Assembly: GCA_051294905.1 (NCBI GenBank)
Contig: CM119371.1
Location: forward strand, 6,450,001 to 6,514,000
Source of the DNA: Botryllus schlosseri
Lineage: Eukaryota
Direction of reading: 5' to 3'
Length of the DNA stretch: 64,000 nucleotides
How positions within the stretch are numbered: position 1 is the stretch's first letter; each line of letters begins with the position of its first letter. This document shows positions 1-11,372 of this stretch, piece by piece. The position numbers were made by a program, and so were the translations under genes. The notes under the pieces were generated by a model. It was not told the origin of the DNA. It saw only the letters and a list, made by a program, of their open reading frames with translations, and made no database searches.

Positions 1-414
1 ACAAGAGAGAGCCTCGTGGATGCAGTTATCCACCGATTGCAGAAGTAGGCTAAGTAGTGAGAATACACCGACATGCTCATTGCTCATGTAAACCATTTTA
101 TTGCATTGTAAAATCAATTCAAGCACGTGAAGAATAATTGGTACACATGTCATATTAGAAACTACTTGCAATAACCAACTTGTATCAAAAACAAACTTGC
201 AGAATACAAGCTACGGCCATAAGTACCGGTAATGAGAATAAAATGCATCACCGAAGAATGCAAGCAACGTCTTGCTCAACTGTCGTTGTTTTAAAGTCCG
301 TTTTTAAAGCATTTTTCTCACAGAGGCATTAACTAGCTTCTGCTTGTTATTGCAATGATTTTGTCGTCAATTTCAAAGCTTGATCTCGATGATCATAACA
401 TGCAAAGTGCAAAG

Positions 415-427
415 CCCCCCCCCCCTC

Positions 428-458
<31 letters not shown>
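415..458 (+). repeat. poly-C then poly-A homopolymer tract
   Basis: A C-run followed by about 30 A, read directly from the sequence. Confidence 0.9.
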
Positions 459-459
<1 letters not shown>

Positions 460-539
460 GATGCAAAACTTATTCACTGTGACTTAGGGTGAGGGAAGAT
501 GATTTTATCAGAGCAATCTAGGATAAGAAAAACTGGATG

Positions 540-1597
540 AAACAAACACAGCAAGTGGTTCTGCGGGAGTAAGCAGTCCCCCACGATCGAGTAAGTCGGA
601 ATAGCATGAACTTGCTTACAATTTACCCAGCAACTACGCACGACACCGTCTCACTGTAAGGAGATAGAAATGATTCGGTAATTTCAATAGCCACTTCTTC
701 AATAACTTTTTTGAAATGGTAAAAATGACTTGAGCTTGACGTCAATTTTTAGGATGGAACAGAGCTGTTCAGAATTGGTAACTTCTGTTGCCCAACCAGA
801 AACCTCCCCCCACACATTAATCAGGTTCAAGAATGAAGCCATATCTTCCGTGAGAGGCAAGTAACTTTTGCAAGCTGCAATAGTCGACTCATAGAATGGA
901 GCAAGAGCTAAGTTGACATTCTGCTTGTTATTGCTTGGATGTAACGAGGCATATATATCACTTTTGGCGCTTTCCGCAAATTCGAATCATTATCATGAGA
1001 TTCCCTGATTTTGTGAAGATCGCTCCATGCAATAAATCCGCCGGGTGATGATGCACCTAAAAAGTTGGCTCGAAAAGTTCTTCCAGTAAATTGTGCTCGG
1101 ATTTGTCTAATAATACATTTTTGAGATATTTCGGGAAGTCCATAAGGTAGAAAATTACATATTGATTACCCTCTTCTGTATACGGTATATAGCTTTCTGG
1201 AGTGTGGGACACGGTCAAATCTTATAAACTCCTCATTTTATCAGACAGCTCAAAATCTTTCTACTGATCATTCTGAAATATCCTTCTCTTCGGTGGTTTT
1301 CTGCAAGGGGTCATAGTAGGGATCAATGAAGGCCGTTGCAGCTCAGGCTCCGATCGGATGATAGGAACTGGTTTTCTATCCAAGAGGAGTTTTTTTTCGA
1401 AAGCCACAGTCTTTATGTATTTTGATTCTTCGAAGTGCAACGCACAAATTACAGAATTCTTCGTTGGCTTCCAATCACGTCCATCCACGAAAGATATCCA
1501 TTTTTGTACCTCCAAATCCTCAAATGGAAATTGAAACTTTTTGTTTAGTTGTCAAATATCCAGCCATACAACCATAAACATAGCATTTATTGACCAT
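540..1597 (-). mobile_element. Degenerate P-element (THAP9-like) transposase remnant with N-terminal THAP domain
   Basis: The minus strand from ATG 1597 reads MVNKCYVYGC, then a frameshift, then FPFEDLEVQKWISFV...WKPTKNSVICALHFEES (THAP C2CH signature). About 1040-800 reads GFIAWSDLHKI..NLRKAPK/YASLHPSNNKQNVNLALAPFYESTIAACKSY, and about 600 reads LLDRGGLLTP; both resemble P-type transposase segments. Frameshifts and deletions are present. Confidence 0.8.
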
Positions 1598-2211
1598 TAT
1601 CAATTATTATACTTTAAGCTAAACCTGAGTCACCAAGTATATACAATACATACAAACAGTAACTGGAAGAAACGCCACATGAAGCTCGCCACCAATTCTT
1701 CACCACATACATAATACGCACCGTAAAGAATTATTAAACCACTGCATAGCGGTATCCTACGTCTCGCTGTAATCCGATCAAAACGACAGCTAAACGTTTT
1801 CCACTATACGGAATATCGTTCCTGGAGCATTTAGCAAATCACGGCATCATCCTGTAACAATTCAAACGCGGCGACGAGCTCAAAAACTTCAACTCAAACT
1901 TGAGGGGTCTGCTACAGAGTATTTCAATCGCATTACTATAGCCTGCCTAATAGTACAAGACGGTAAAACAGCAGCTTAAACATAGCTGTCAACCTTCAAC
2001 TCGAAAACTCGCTTCAAAATGCGAAGAGTCCGGAGTGAGAAGCGAAATAGAGACAATCGCCGATTGTCACGTTGAGAGCAATCGTCCTGTCAAAACTTTC
2101 GCCCATTATTACGTCAAGAGTAATAGCGAATTTCTGTTTTGTGAGCATCGGCCTGTTAGCTCTTGCAAGTGAAATGTACCAGATAAGGCCGTAAATATCG
2201 TAGGCCCCGGT

Positions 2212-2553
2212 GTGACTAATGCTCTTGCTCTTTTCGGTGCAGGTGAAGATATACATCATCACAAACATGGTGCAACACACCATGCTACATGGATGACAGC
2301 AATCCTTTATGCTCAGATGTTCATGTGGGCTTATCAGTTACATTACAAATCTGAAGAAGTGGTACTACTGCATCGCTTCAATTTATTTTTAGTTCTTTTA
2401 TATCCTTGCCTGGGTCGTGATGCAGCCGGTAATGACTTAAGATTAATCCAGGACATGTTGAGTTACAAGGAGCATGATGAACAAGTTTTCAAAGCTGCTT
2501 CACGAAAGCTTTTAAAGCATGACTGGTTTATTGAGGAGGAAACTGCTGTATAT
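2212..2553 (+). mobile_element. Transposase-like remnant, 5' part (continues at 9885)
   Basis: HGATHHATWMTAILYAQMF...AAGNDL...ASRKLLKHDWFIEEETAVY resembles the GAxHHARWM...HLWYLSEE motifs of a hAT-related invertebrate transposase family. It is cut exactly at TSD CTGTATAT (2546-2553). Confidence 0.65.
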
Positions 2554-3166
2554 TAGGGCTGTTCAAAAATAACTTTTCCATCTGGATTCCAGCCATTCAG
2601 GCATTAGAATTGCCAGGTTACCCTAACAAACGCTGCGCACCAAATTTGGTTCAATTCTAACAAGTATAAGGCTCCGCAGATCCAATTAAAATTTTTAATT
2701 TACAATAAAAAATTTAAAAACAAATAATTTTAAATTTTTTCGTCAGCCCGATTAAATTGTTGAGCTGTCTTCAGAGATGATGCAAAACAAATATGACTCA
2801 ATTCCATCACGTAGCAGCGGAGTTATTTGATTTTTTCGTTGATAATCCTCGGATTATCACCGATCAAGGATAATCCGAGGATTACCAACGAAAAACTCAA
2901 ATAACTCCGCTTGTACGGGTTGGAATCGAGACAAATTCGTTTTGCATCCTTTTTAAAGACAACTCGACAATTTCATGGAGTTGACAAAAAAAATTGATTT
3001 TTTTTTAATTTTACGTAACAAATTAAAAAACCTAATTGGCTATGCAGAAGCTTAGACTTGTTAGAATTGAATCAAATTTGGTATGCAAGTTTTGTTATTG
3101 TAACCTGACAATTTAATCAGTGAAATGGCTGGAATCCGAACAAAAAGTTATTTTCGAATAGCCCGA
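2554..3166. mobile_element. Palindromic hAT-type MITE (TAGGGCTGTTC termini)
   Basis: Left end TAGGGCTGTTCAAAAATAACTTTT and right end AAAAGTTATTTTCGAATAGCCCGA. The body is a long imperfect inverted repeat. 8-bp TSD CTGTATAT at 2546-2553 and 3167-3174. Confidence 0.9.
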
Positions 3167-3523
3167 CTGTATATCAGAGTTGGATCAATTGTAATTTGTA
3201 ATTGTAATTGAATGTAATTAATTACATTTTTCAATGTAATTGTAATGTAATTGTAATTGAAGCATTTTTATTTTGTGTAATTGTAATTGTAATTCTAATT
3301 TGACAAAAATTTTGCTCAATTACAATTTCAATTACATTAAATTGCTATTGAGACCTGACAAGCACAACATAAAATAATTGACTTATAATGCATTCTCTTT
3401 AAATGTCGACAAGGAATTTGGTGGATCCATTCGCGGAAGCCCTTGACTGCGCCCTTGCGGGCGAAGTTTTTTTTTTATTTTTACCGCTATGCTGGCCTCG
3501 GTTGCCATTGTATACAATATTTA

Positions 3524-4074
3524 GATTACTAACCAACGGATGGATTCGCAACACGTGACTCACGATTGAATACGCCTAGAAGCGAACTGCTGAGCCGGCT
3601 AAAAGCAGCAGAATTGATAGTCCCATAGCTGGCGATCCAAGCGTCGAAATTTGATATGTATGGTCCTAATCGAAAGCTAGTGTCGCACTGATTCCGCAAT
3701 AAAAGTATATTTCCAGGCAATGGTACCATCCCAAAATAGTCGTGAAAGTCTGGGAATCGGCATTGTTCTGAACAATCGCTGGGCGTAATTGGTAATTGTT
3801 GTGGTCATGCTGCTGCAGCGCTCTCACTTTTCAGAACAGTCGGCCTTAAACGGCTATTTTGGAGCAGTTACGTTGTCTTGACGAGATTTTATTTTGTATT
3901 TTCGGAATTAGTACATCAATAGCTTACGATAAAGACCAGATGCATCAAATTTGGACGCATGGATCGCCAGCTCTAGGACTACAAAGTTTGCTGCCTTTAG
4001 CCGGCTCTGCAGTAGGTTTGTCGGTGCATTCATCCGTGACTCACATCTTGCGCATCTATCCGTGGGTTGGCAAT
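3524..4074. mobile_element. Fold-back MITE with about 165-bp diverged inverted arms
   Basis: 3524-3690 is the imperfect reverse complement of 3905-4074, e.g. AGCCGGCTAAAAGCAGCA vs TGCTGCCTTTAGCCGGCT and AGCTGGCGATCCA vs TGGATCGCCAGCT. Confidence 0.75.
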
Positions 4075-6442
4075 CTACAATACGATTTCAGATCACGATG
4101 CTGCATCGTTACTTCGTCTGGCTAACTAACCAGACCACTGGATATTATATAACGTCTTATCTGACAAAGCACGGTTTTGTTTTTACTCCTCATCCTAATT
4201 CCTACGTCCCTCGATAAAAATAATATTATTTCTTTAATTATATACTATATACGCAAATCCAACACGTGCATATATTATAATACTTTTTCAACGACATACT
4301 ACACCCTATCCTTAATCCGAACCCATAGGAAATTAGGTAAATAACATTTTACATTTCCAATTACGTGAGCCATAATTACCGAGCATACAAAACACGCTTA
4401 TATTACGTCACAATGACATCTTACATAGCATACTATGTACGCACATAAACGCATTTATTACTACACAATCTGAACTAGACTTGAATTGTTGTTAAATACG
4501 ACGCTACAGTTGTCAAGGAGCATGGTTGAATTTATGATTATCCAATTACATGTTCAACAGCAGCAATTGTAATTGTAATTGTAATGTAATTGAAGCATGC
4601 AAGGAGTAATTATAATTGTAATTGTAATTGGATATTTTTAGCATGGAGTAATTGTAATTGTAATGTAATTGAAACATGCATCCCAGCAAACACTCGATTT
4701 CCAGTTGACTTCCTGCGGAATAGCCGCAGGGCGCCCAGTGTTACTTCCCTGGAGTGGATTTGTCGACAACTAGGAGCGTCCTAAACACTTCCTGAGTTCG
4801 TCTAAAATGACCTACTGTGGACGTGAAGTGACTCCATACGGATCTACTGTGAACGTGACGTGGCTCCCTATGGATGCGTCAGACCTACTGTGGACGTGAC
4901 GTGACTCCCTATGGACATGTCATTTGCCACCTGTTCTATTCCTCAGGATTACCAAATCAGGACTCCCTATGGAGACCGCTTTATCATCTTCATGACGACC
5001 TCCTCCACACCTGGTGCAACTACATGGAATTCAACATCATATAAGCTAACAAACTGTTTATATTGGGTTACTGGAAAACGACAATTCCAAAATACAAGTA
5101 CAATGTACAACATTAACTAATGAACTATTATTCGTTAACAAAGTTCAGGCTTACGTGAAATATCGATCTGGAAATCACTATCAATAAATGTGTCAGTGGG
5201 ATTTTGAATATAACAGCAAGTTCTAAGTCAATTTTAAATTACCATTACAAACATTTCAATTGAAGTGCATACGAGAAATTAGAAGGAAACGTGTCACAAG
5301 AATTTGAAAAAGTACAACTGCTAATACAACTAAAACAGGGATAAGCATGGAGCAATCATAAGTAATCATTTACTTTGCATATTACAAAACGATGCATCAT
5401 TTGCACCGCATCATGTTAAGAGCGGAAGCGCGTATTCGCAATAAACTTGGTTGCAACAACAGTTTTCTTCTTGGTCTTTGTATTACCTGAAACATATACA
5501 ACAATGTCAGCAAATCATTTGTAGAGCCACTCTGCTGACATAATTTGCGTCAGAGCTTCAATTTCTATTTCCTCATGCATTAATTGTGACATGTCTTGTG
5601 AACTGCTACTTCTACTTGTGCTCGAGTGATAATTTATGACGATACTACCATGTCTACTTGCGTGCGGAGAGCTTCTGACGTTGTGATACGGAGTATGCAA
5701 CCCGTCAATCAAATTAAATTGTGGAAACACCTCAAGTACATACTTCAGTACTTTCCAGAACTTCTACTTTCACCTAAAATAGTTTTGATAAGCCGTGTAT
5801 ATCGCTGTTTGAGTGATTGCACCCAAGTAGAAATACATTGCGTTACTCTTACTTCTACTAGACTACTGACACTACAAATATTTCTACTTGAGTGCTGAAA
5901 ATGATTACTTTCCCTATCTCTGTTTAACAGCATACAACTACGACATTCCACAAGTCTCCATATTTTGACCATGTCGACAGTTGGAAGTAGTTTGATGTCT
6001 TGTAAATCGCTATTTATACTGTCTAGTAAGATACTAACGATGAATACTTTGACCATCTTTATTTGGAAGTTACCACGTACAACTAGGGCTTGCCACGAAT
6101 CTGAATAGAGTAACGATAAGTCAAGACAGATGATATTTTCGGGTACATAAATTGTACGCTAATTCATCAACAAGAATTAGAATTTTGATTCTATGTACCA
6201 CTGCGAGGCCTAAAAACATCGATTGGTAATATCGCAGAACACGGCACATGCAGGACGTAGCTACGCACGATCGTGTGAATGACAAATGTATTGTCTCAAA
6301 GTACAATAAAATAGGAATTATCTCAAATCTAAAAAAATATTCTTCGATGTGAGGTAGAGCTGGTATTCATTTTGTTTGAAGTCGCATACGAGATAGATAT
6401 TTCAACTTTTACTTATTCATACTGTTGTCACATCATATACAG

Positions 6443-6900
6443 CAGAGGTTTCAAATTCAAATGTGGTCGCGGGTCAATTTCCGAATTTTTGACGACGCAG
6501 CAAAATAGGGATATTCAATGTATAATTTTTAAGTAGGCCTTATTTGACGGGAGCTTGCAGACAGGCATTCCACAAACATCTCGAGAATGTAATTTACTAT
6601 TGTATTATTCACTAAATCACATATTTGAATATTTCAATAAAATTATTTTTGTGCTGGGCATAATTTGTTAAAATAATGAGTTATAGAGATAATGAAATAG
6701 GATGCATCATGACATCGTCAAACTTTGAGTTAATGTTGCAGCTAGTGGACCTTTGACGTGTCACAGTTTAATGTGGAGTATTTTAAAATCTACTGAAGAT
6801 TGATCTGATAACAGTGCATTTGAGCGGTGTAGCCTAATCCGGGTTTTGATATAGTCGTGATAAGTAGGCTGTTGCTACTGTCATCGCCGAAGTCAAATTA
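6443..6900. mobile_element. Partial copy of the CAGAGGTCTCAAAC hAT MITE family
   Basis: Reverse-complement similarity to about 32640-33110, e.g. TTTGACGGGAGCTTG..GACAGGCATTCCACAAAC and GCAGCTAGTGGACCTTTGAC. A related end lies at about 60140-60215. Confidence 0.75.
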
Positions 6901-6954
6901 ATTCAGAATTAGGATGTTGCCTTCGATTATTATTGGAACATATCAATAACAGCT

Positions 6955-7446
6955 TAAATTTTTTCAATACAATATCCATTGTAAAATAATATTTATTGAA
7001 CTCGAAGACTTTTAGGGTGCCTCTTTTCAAGAGTTAACGGCACACTAAAGGGATTTGAACAGATTTAAAAGCAAAACCAAAAAGGTAAAGTATGATGCAA
7101 CAATGAAAATCACAGACCATGAAATTCGCATTGTACCAATGGCAACAATAACAAACTATGAAGTATACAGACATACAGTACTATAGTAACAGCGCAATTC
7201 ATGAATAAACAGTTACACGCACGAGACAACACGCACTAATGAGAAATTTGTAGGTTATAGAGAAAATTTTTTGTCTACATAAAATAGGTTTGTTCAACTG
7301 AATAATAGTAGACTCCAGCACTTTAAGATGAAACAAAGACCTACCACGCGCAATGACAGTGAACATATTGTCATCATAGTGCTGTGCACAGGCGAGGTTT
7401 TCACTCAGATGCTGACCAATTGCGCGTGGTAGGTCTTTGTTTCATA
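6955..7446 (-). mobile_element. 5'-truncated Penelope-like element (GIY-YIG C-terminus plus 3' pLTR)
   Basis: Reverse complement of about 44250-45355 without the MITE found there. It has a short inverted duplication at its truncated end (7328-7354 vs 7419-7446). Confidence 0.8.
6999..7035 (-). ncRNA. Atypical minimal hammerhead ribozyme motif (U3-A8 and G12U variant)
   Basis: The minus strand reads AACUC-UUGAAAA-GAGGCACCC-UAAA-AGUCU-UC-GAGUU. It has a 5-bp stem I, U3/A8 covariation and a UC cleavage site, and lies in the 3' region of a Penelope-like element. Confidence 0.55.
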
Positions 7447-9884
7447 TAAAATAATCTACTTCCATTTCGAGTAGATTTGACGCAACTTCAAATTTGTTAC
7501 CTGTAGGTGTGTATAAATCCATAACATTACATCTACTTCAGTTCAAAAGAAGATTACTTTCACAGCCTCTGGTTTCCATGAAGTGCATTCAATGTTTTAT
7601 ACCTTCAATAGTTTTTTGACTTTTTCCCCGAGGATGACGCAGCACCGATTTTGCAGCAATGGTTGTTCCATGTGGCAATAGTTCTTCCGAATGTTTTCGG
7701 TTCCAGTCAACAAGACATTCTTTGTACCGTGTTCTTGACGTTGTTGAACACTATCAATTGAAGACATTGCCGATCTAAATAATCAAAATTATTATAATGT
7801 TTGTAGTGAAGCCATTTGTCAAGAAGCCAAGCCATAGGAATCTAGAATATCCTGTAAAAAAAACAAAGACAATGAAGTTCAAGCTAGACTATTCCCACAT
7901 TCTACTCACTATAATGACTAATCAGTAGGGCTGAGCACATTGGTATGGTTACTCAAATCTCGAACGAGTATCAATTCTTATGATTCGAGCCAAGTATGTG
8001 ACTATTTTCAAGACAGCCTACTGAAATTACACGCTCTTTGCCACTATAAGAATGCAGTTGATAATAAAATTATAGTTTCACCCAGCACGTTTGAGCAGCC
8101 CGATTGCGAACCACCATCAATAGTATATTCCCGCATCATCGATGGCACTTTTTTCAGGGTAATAAATTGCTTATTAATGAACAATCATAAATCATCATAT
8201 ATAGTTCGTAACTTCAACTTACATAATTCAACATCTTGATCCATGAACAATGCACCACTGCGGCGCCTTCCTCTGAAGTTTAGAACTACATAACATTGCC
8301 TGTTCAATATCTAGTCTCCTGGTAGAAATGAAGTAACTTTGTATACACAAACACAGATATGTCCCATCCATATAGTATAATCCATTGATAATAAGGTTGC
8401 GTTTTCTTATCGATGGCAAGATGACCATGAGCAATCAGCCTTCCTTAGGGCCCATCCACAGCCTACTTTTATACTGTTGTGGTCACAAAAATACGAAAAT
8501 AAATGTTAATGTGATGCTACAATAATCTTCATGCATCCACAAATTCATGCAGCAATCTCACATTCCATAAAGGAACATTCCACATTTCTATTAGCCTACA
8601 TAACATTTCAAAATTCAGTATATAGCGGCATCTGGTTTGCTGATTGGATCCTGCAGCCCTAGGAAATCCTTGTAAAACTTTTCACAGGATGCACATAAAA
8701 TGTCAAGTTATTGCTTGTGAGACATTATGCAACAGAGCACAATAAATCAGACTTCTATGATCAATACATTATCGTATAGTATCAAATGTACTACAAGAAT
8801 TATCGGCTTGCATGAGTTACCGATTAGCAGCAGGTCGATCAATTTCGTTTGTAGGTGATATTACAGCCGTGTCACTATATAATCATATAGTCGAATTCAT
8901 AATATCGCATCAGCAGTTCATGATGATCGAGACCGTTGCTGTTTAATAAATATAGCACTCAAATACCAAGCTTCCTGCCCTTCCGGTACTCATGATAAAG
9001 AAATCTCACAATCCACGCTGTTAACGTTTCCAATTATGAACTAAACCATTACTGTGATAAATTCGTCCCTCCGCCATTGCTACATACGCTGATCAACTTG
9101 AATTACACGCGCATGCGCGATGCTCGCCAAATAGAAGAAGGCAGACTTCTTGTTTTATGGTCGAATGAATCTCAAACAACAGGCGTGTTCGACTCCATTA
9201 TCGAAATAGCCGTGAGGATTGCATACTGCGTAGTTCCGCGATTGGAATAGTCATCACAATCCCATCATGACGATGATCAAGTTCTGATGTGGGCATTTTC
9301 GTCCCAGTAATGTCATGATAAAATAAGCTGCTGTGTCTCTGTATCGCACATTACAGAGAGTCTCTTTAGCACTGTGCGACCGCAATGATCGATAGCCGGG
9401 CTTGTGAAGTTCCACGCGATGGGAAAGTCATCACCATATCAACATTCACGGCTTCACTCCACTAGATTTCACATGTATCATGAGTGTATTCACACAACTT
9501 ATTTAGCATTGACTGCATGCAGAATAATGCACATTTGAGTTAGAAACGATTTCCCAGCAGGGACATCCAAATCAACTCCTGTGTAGGTGGCATCCAGGCA
9601 TCACACTATTATGACATCCACTGGAATGGTCATTGGTGACTGGCATAGGAGCACTCTAAAATTTACTTCCTCTGGGGGTCACTTGGAGTTACATAATTGG
9701 ACGTCAATTTGTGACTTACTTAGCAAGTCCTCAGTCACTAAACGTGGGACGTGGGACGATTGGGCACAATTGTGGACGTACCCGTAAGTCCGTGGGAGAT
9801 CGGGTGTTTGCTGGGATGAAAGTAATTGTAATTGTAATTGTAATTGAACTGAAATAATGTAATTGATCCATCTCTGCTGTATAT

Positions 9885-10322
9885 GCCTTGTTTTCACCGA
9901 TTGAAAGCAATGTAACCCGAAAAAATAAGGCAAATACGCTCCTGCAGGTAGAGCGAAATTCAAGTTTCATAAGGGGCCCGCCCTCGTTAATGCAACTGAA
10001 CAGATCAACAAGGACACTACTTTGTCTGATTTTACTGGGCCATAGTCGTGGTACATATTTTATGTTTTTGAATGCTACGGGGCGTAGCTAACTCAACTAC
10101 ACCAGAATGAGCTCCTACATCAGTTCCGTCAAAGTCGTTAATGATGCCGCAGAACGAGGAGTAAAGCTAAGCACATACTATGCTGCAATCTTGACTGACA
10201 ATGAACAACAAAGAGACAGTCTGCTTCTTGCTTTGGAACAGCATAGGAAGACAGTTGGAGACAGCAAGAAGGCCAGGAAGTCAACTCTAATCAAAAGTCT
10301 GCAATCTGCAACTTGTGCCTGA
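9885..10322 (+). mobile_element. Transposase-like remnant, 3' part
   Basis: ALFSPIESNVTRKNKANTLL continues in frame from EEETAVY once the insertions are removed. VKVVNDAAERGVKLSTYYAAILTDNEQQRDSLLLALEQHRK is a C-terminal NDxAERGVKL motif. Confidence 0.7.
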
Positions 10323-11372
10323 CAATGCACAAGTGCTTTTTGCCTTCATTCAATCGTGAATAAAAAGTGTAATGTGTGTTCGCTTATGGGTGAGACTTCG
10401 ACTAGTCATAACAAGTACTACTAAGATATTGACTACTGGTGAGAAATTTTTGAGCTTAGCTCACGAGACGGCTCATTTTATAAGCTTAGTTTATAAGCAT
10501 TTTCATCCGAAATACCATAAGAACAGCGATACAATGAAACGATAGGAAGAGGTCGAAACGATCTGGCAGCGTCTCTATATCATATAAAACCACACAAAAT
10601 GATGTGAAGAGCATATATAAAAGGGGGATACGCTCTAAATAAAACAGGAAATAATGGCATAGAAAGCTAGAAGCAATGAAGACAGTATCAGAACTGGTAA
10701 CTGGTAAGTGTTGATTTGGATGTTTTTTTTATGTAGAAATAGACCCGAATATTTGGTTGACACTCGCCACGGTTATTCGTCAGCTACTGTGTAGGATTGG
10801 AAAGCAAAATTTATACCAAATACATGTCAGAAAATCTCTTTAAGTTCCCAAAAGCTGTGAAATTCACATGACATTCTGTGGCCGGCCACAGAACAGCTCG
10901 AAGCTCGCTGTGGCCGGTGCTTCCCCCGTTCTGATATTGATTTTCTACGGTTTGATGTGCATTGTGCGGTTGCAATCGATTGTATGGTTGGTTTTATTGT
11001 GTAAATATGCATACCTGCGAATATATAATATGAGACTGATAATATCCTTCATTTTCAACCATGTTAATCGTTTATGATAAGTCTGCTATGCGAAGTTATT
11101 CATACATATTTGATCATGTAGCTAAGGATTTAGGGGCAGTTTACAATCTTTCGTGAATTGCCCTGATGAATTTATCAATAAAACAATGCTCTACAGGAAA
11201 TTTGTCTTAATTCACTGCAGATTTTTTTCGATTTACGCTTAAGTAGACTCAACTATTGGTCCTAGAATGCATATGTAGGCGTATGTTTCATCGAAGTACT
11301 TGATCTGTCAATATTATGCGGTCATTTTACCTCTTTTCTCGTTCTCAGTACTAAATCCGGTAACCATATAGT

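Larger units (their letters stand above)
4682..9815. mobile_element. EnSpm/CACTA(CMC)-type non-autonomous element
   Basis: 21-bp TIR CCCAGCAAACACTCGATTTCC vs reverse complement CCCAGCAAACACCCGATCTCC. 2-bp TSD AT (4680-4681 and 9816-9817). Subterminal tandem repeats GACCTACTGTGGACGTGA at 4809-4915. No intact transposase seen. Confidence 0.75.
3175..9876. mobile_element. Non-autonomous hAT-type element with (GTAATT)n subterminal repeats, host to nested insertions
   Basis: TIRs CAGAGTTGGATCAATT and AATTGATCCATCTCTG. TSD CTGTATAT at 3167-3174 and 9877-9884. GTAATT arrays at 3190-3300, 4565-4672 and 9822-9863. Confidence 0.85.

Noticed and set aside
10535..10575. Hammerhead-like GAGGTCGAAACGATC
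   Set aside because: The CUGANGA core and a closing stem are missing.
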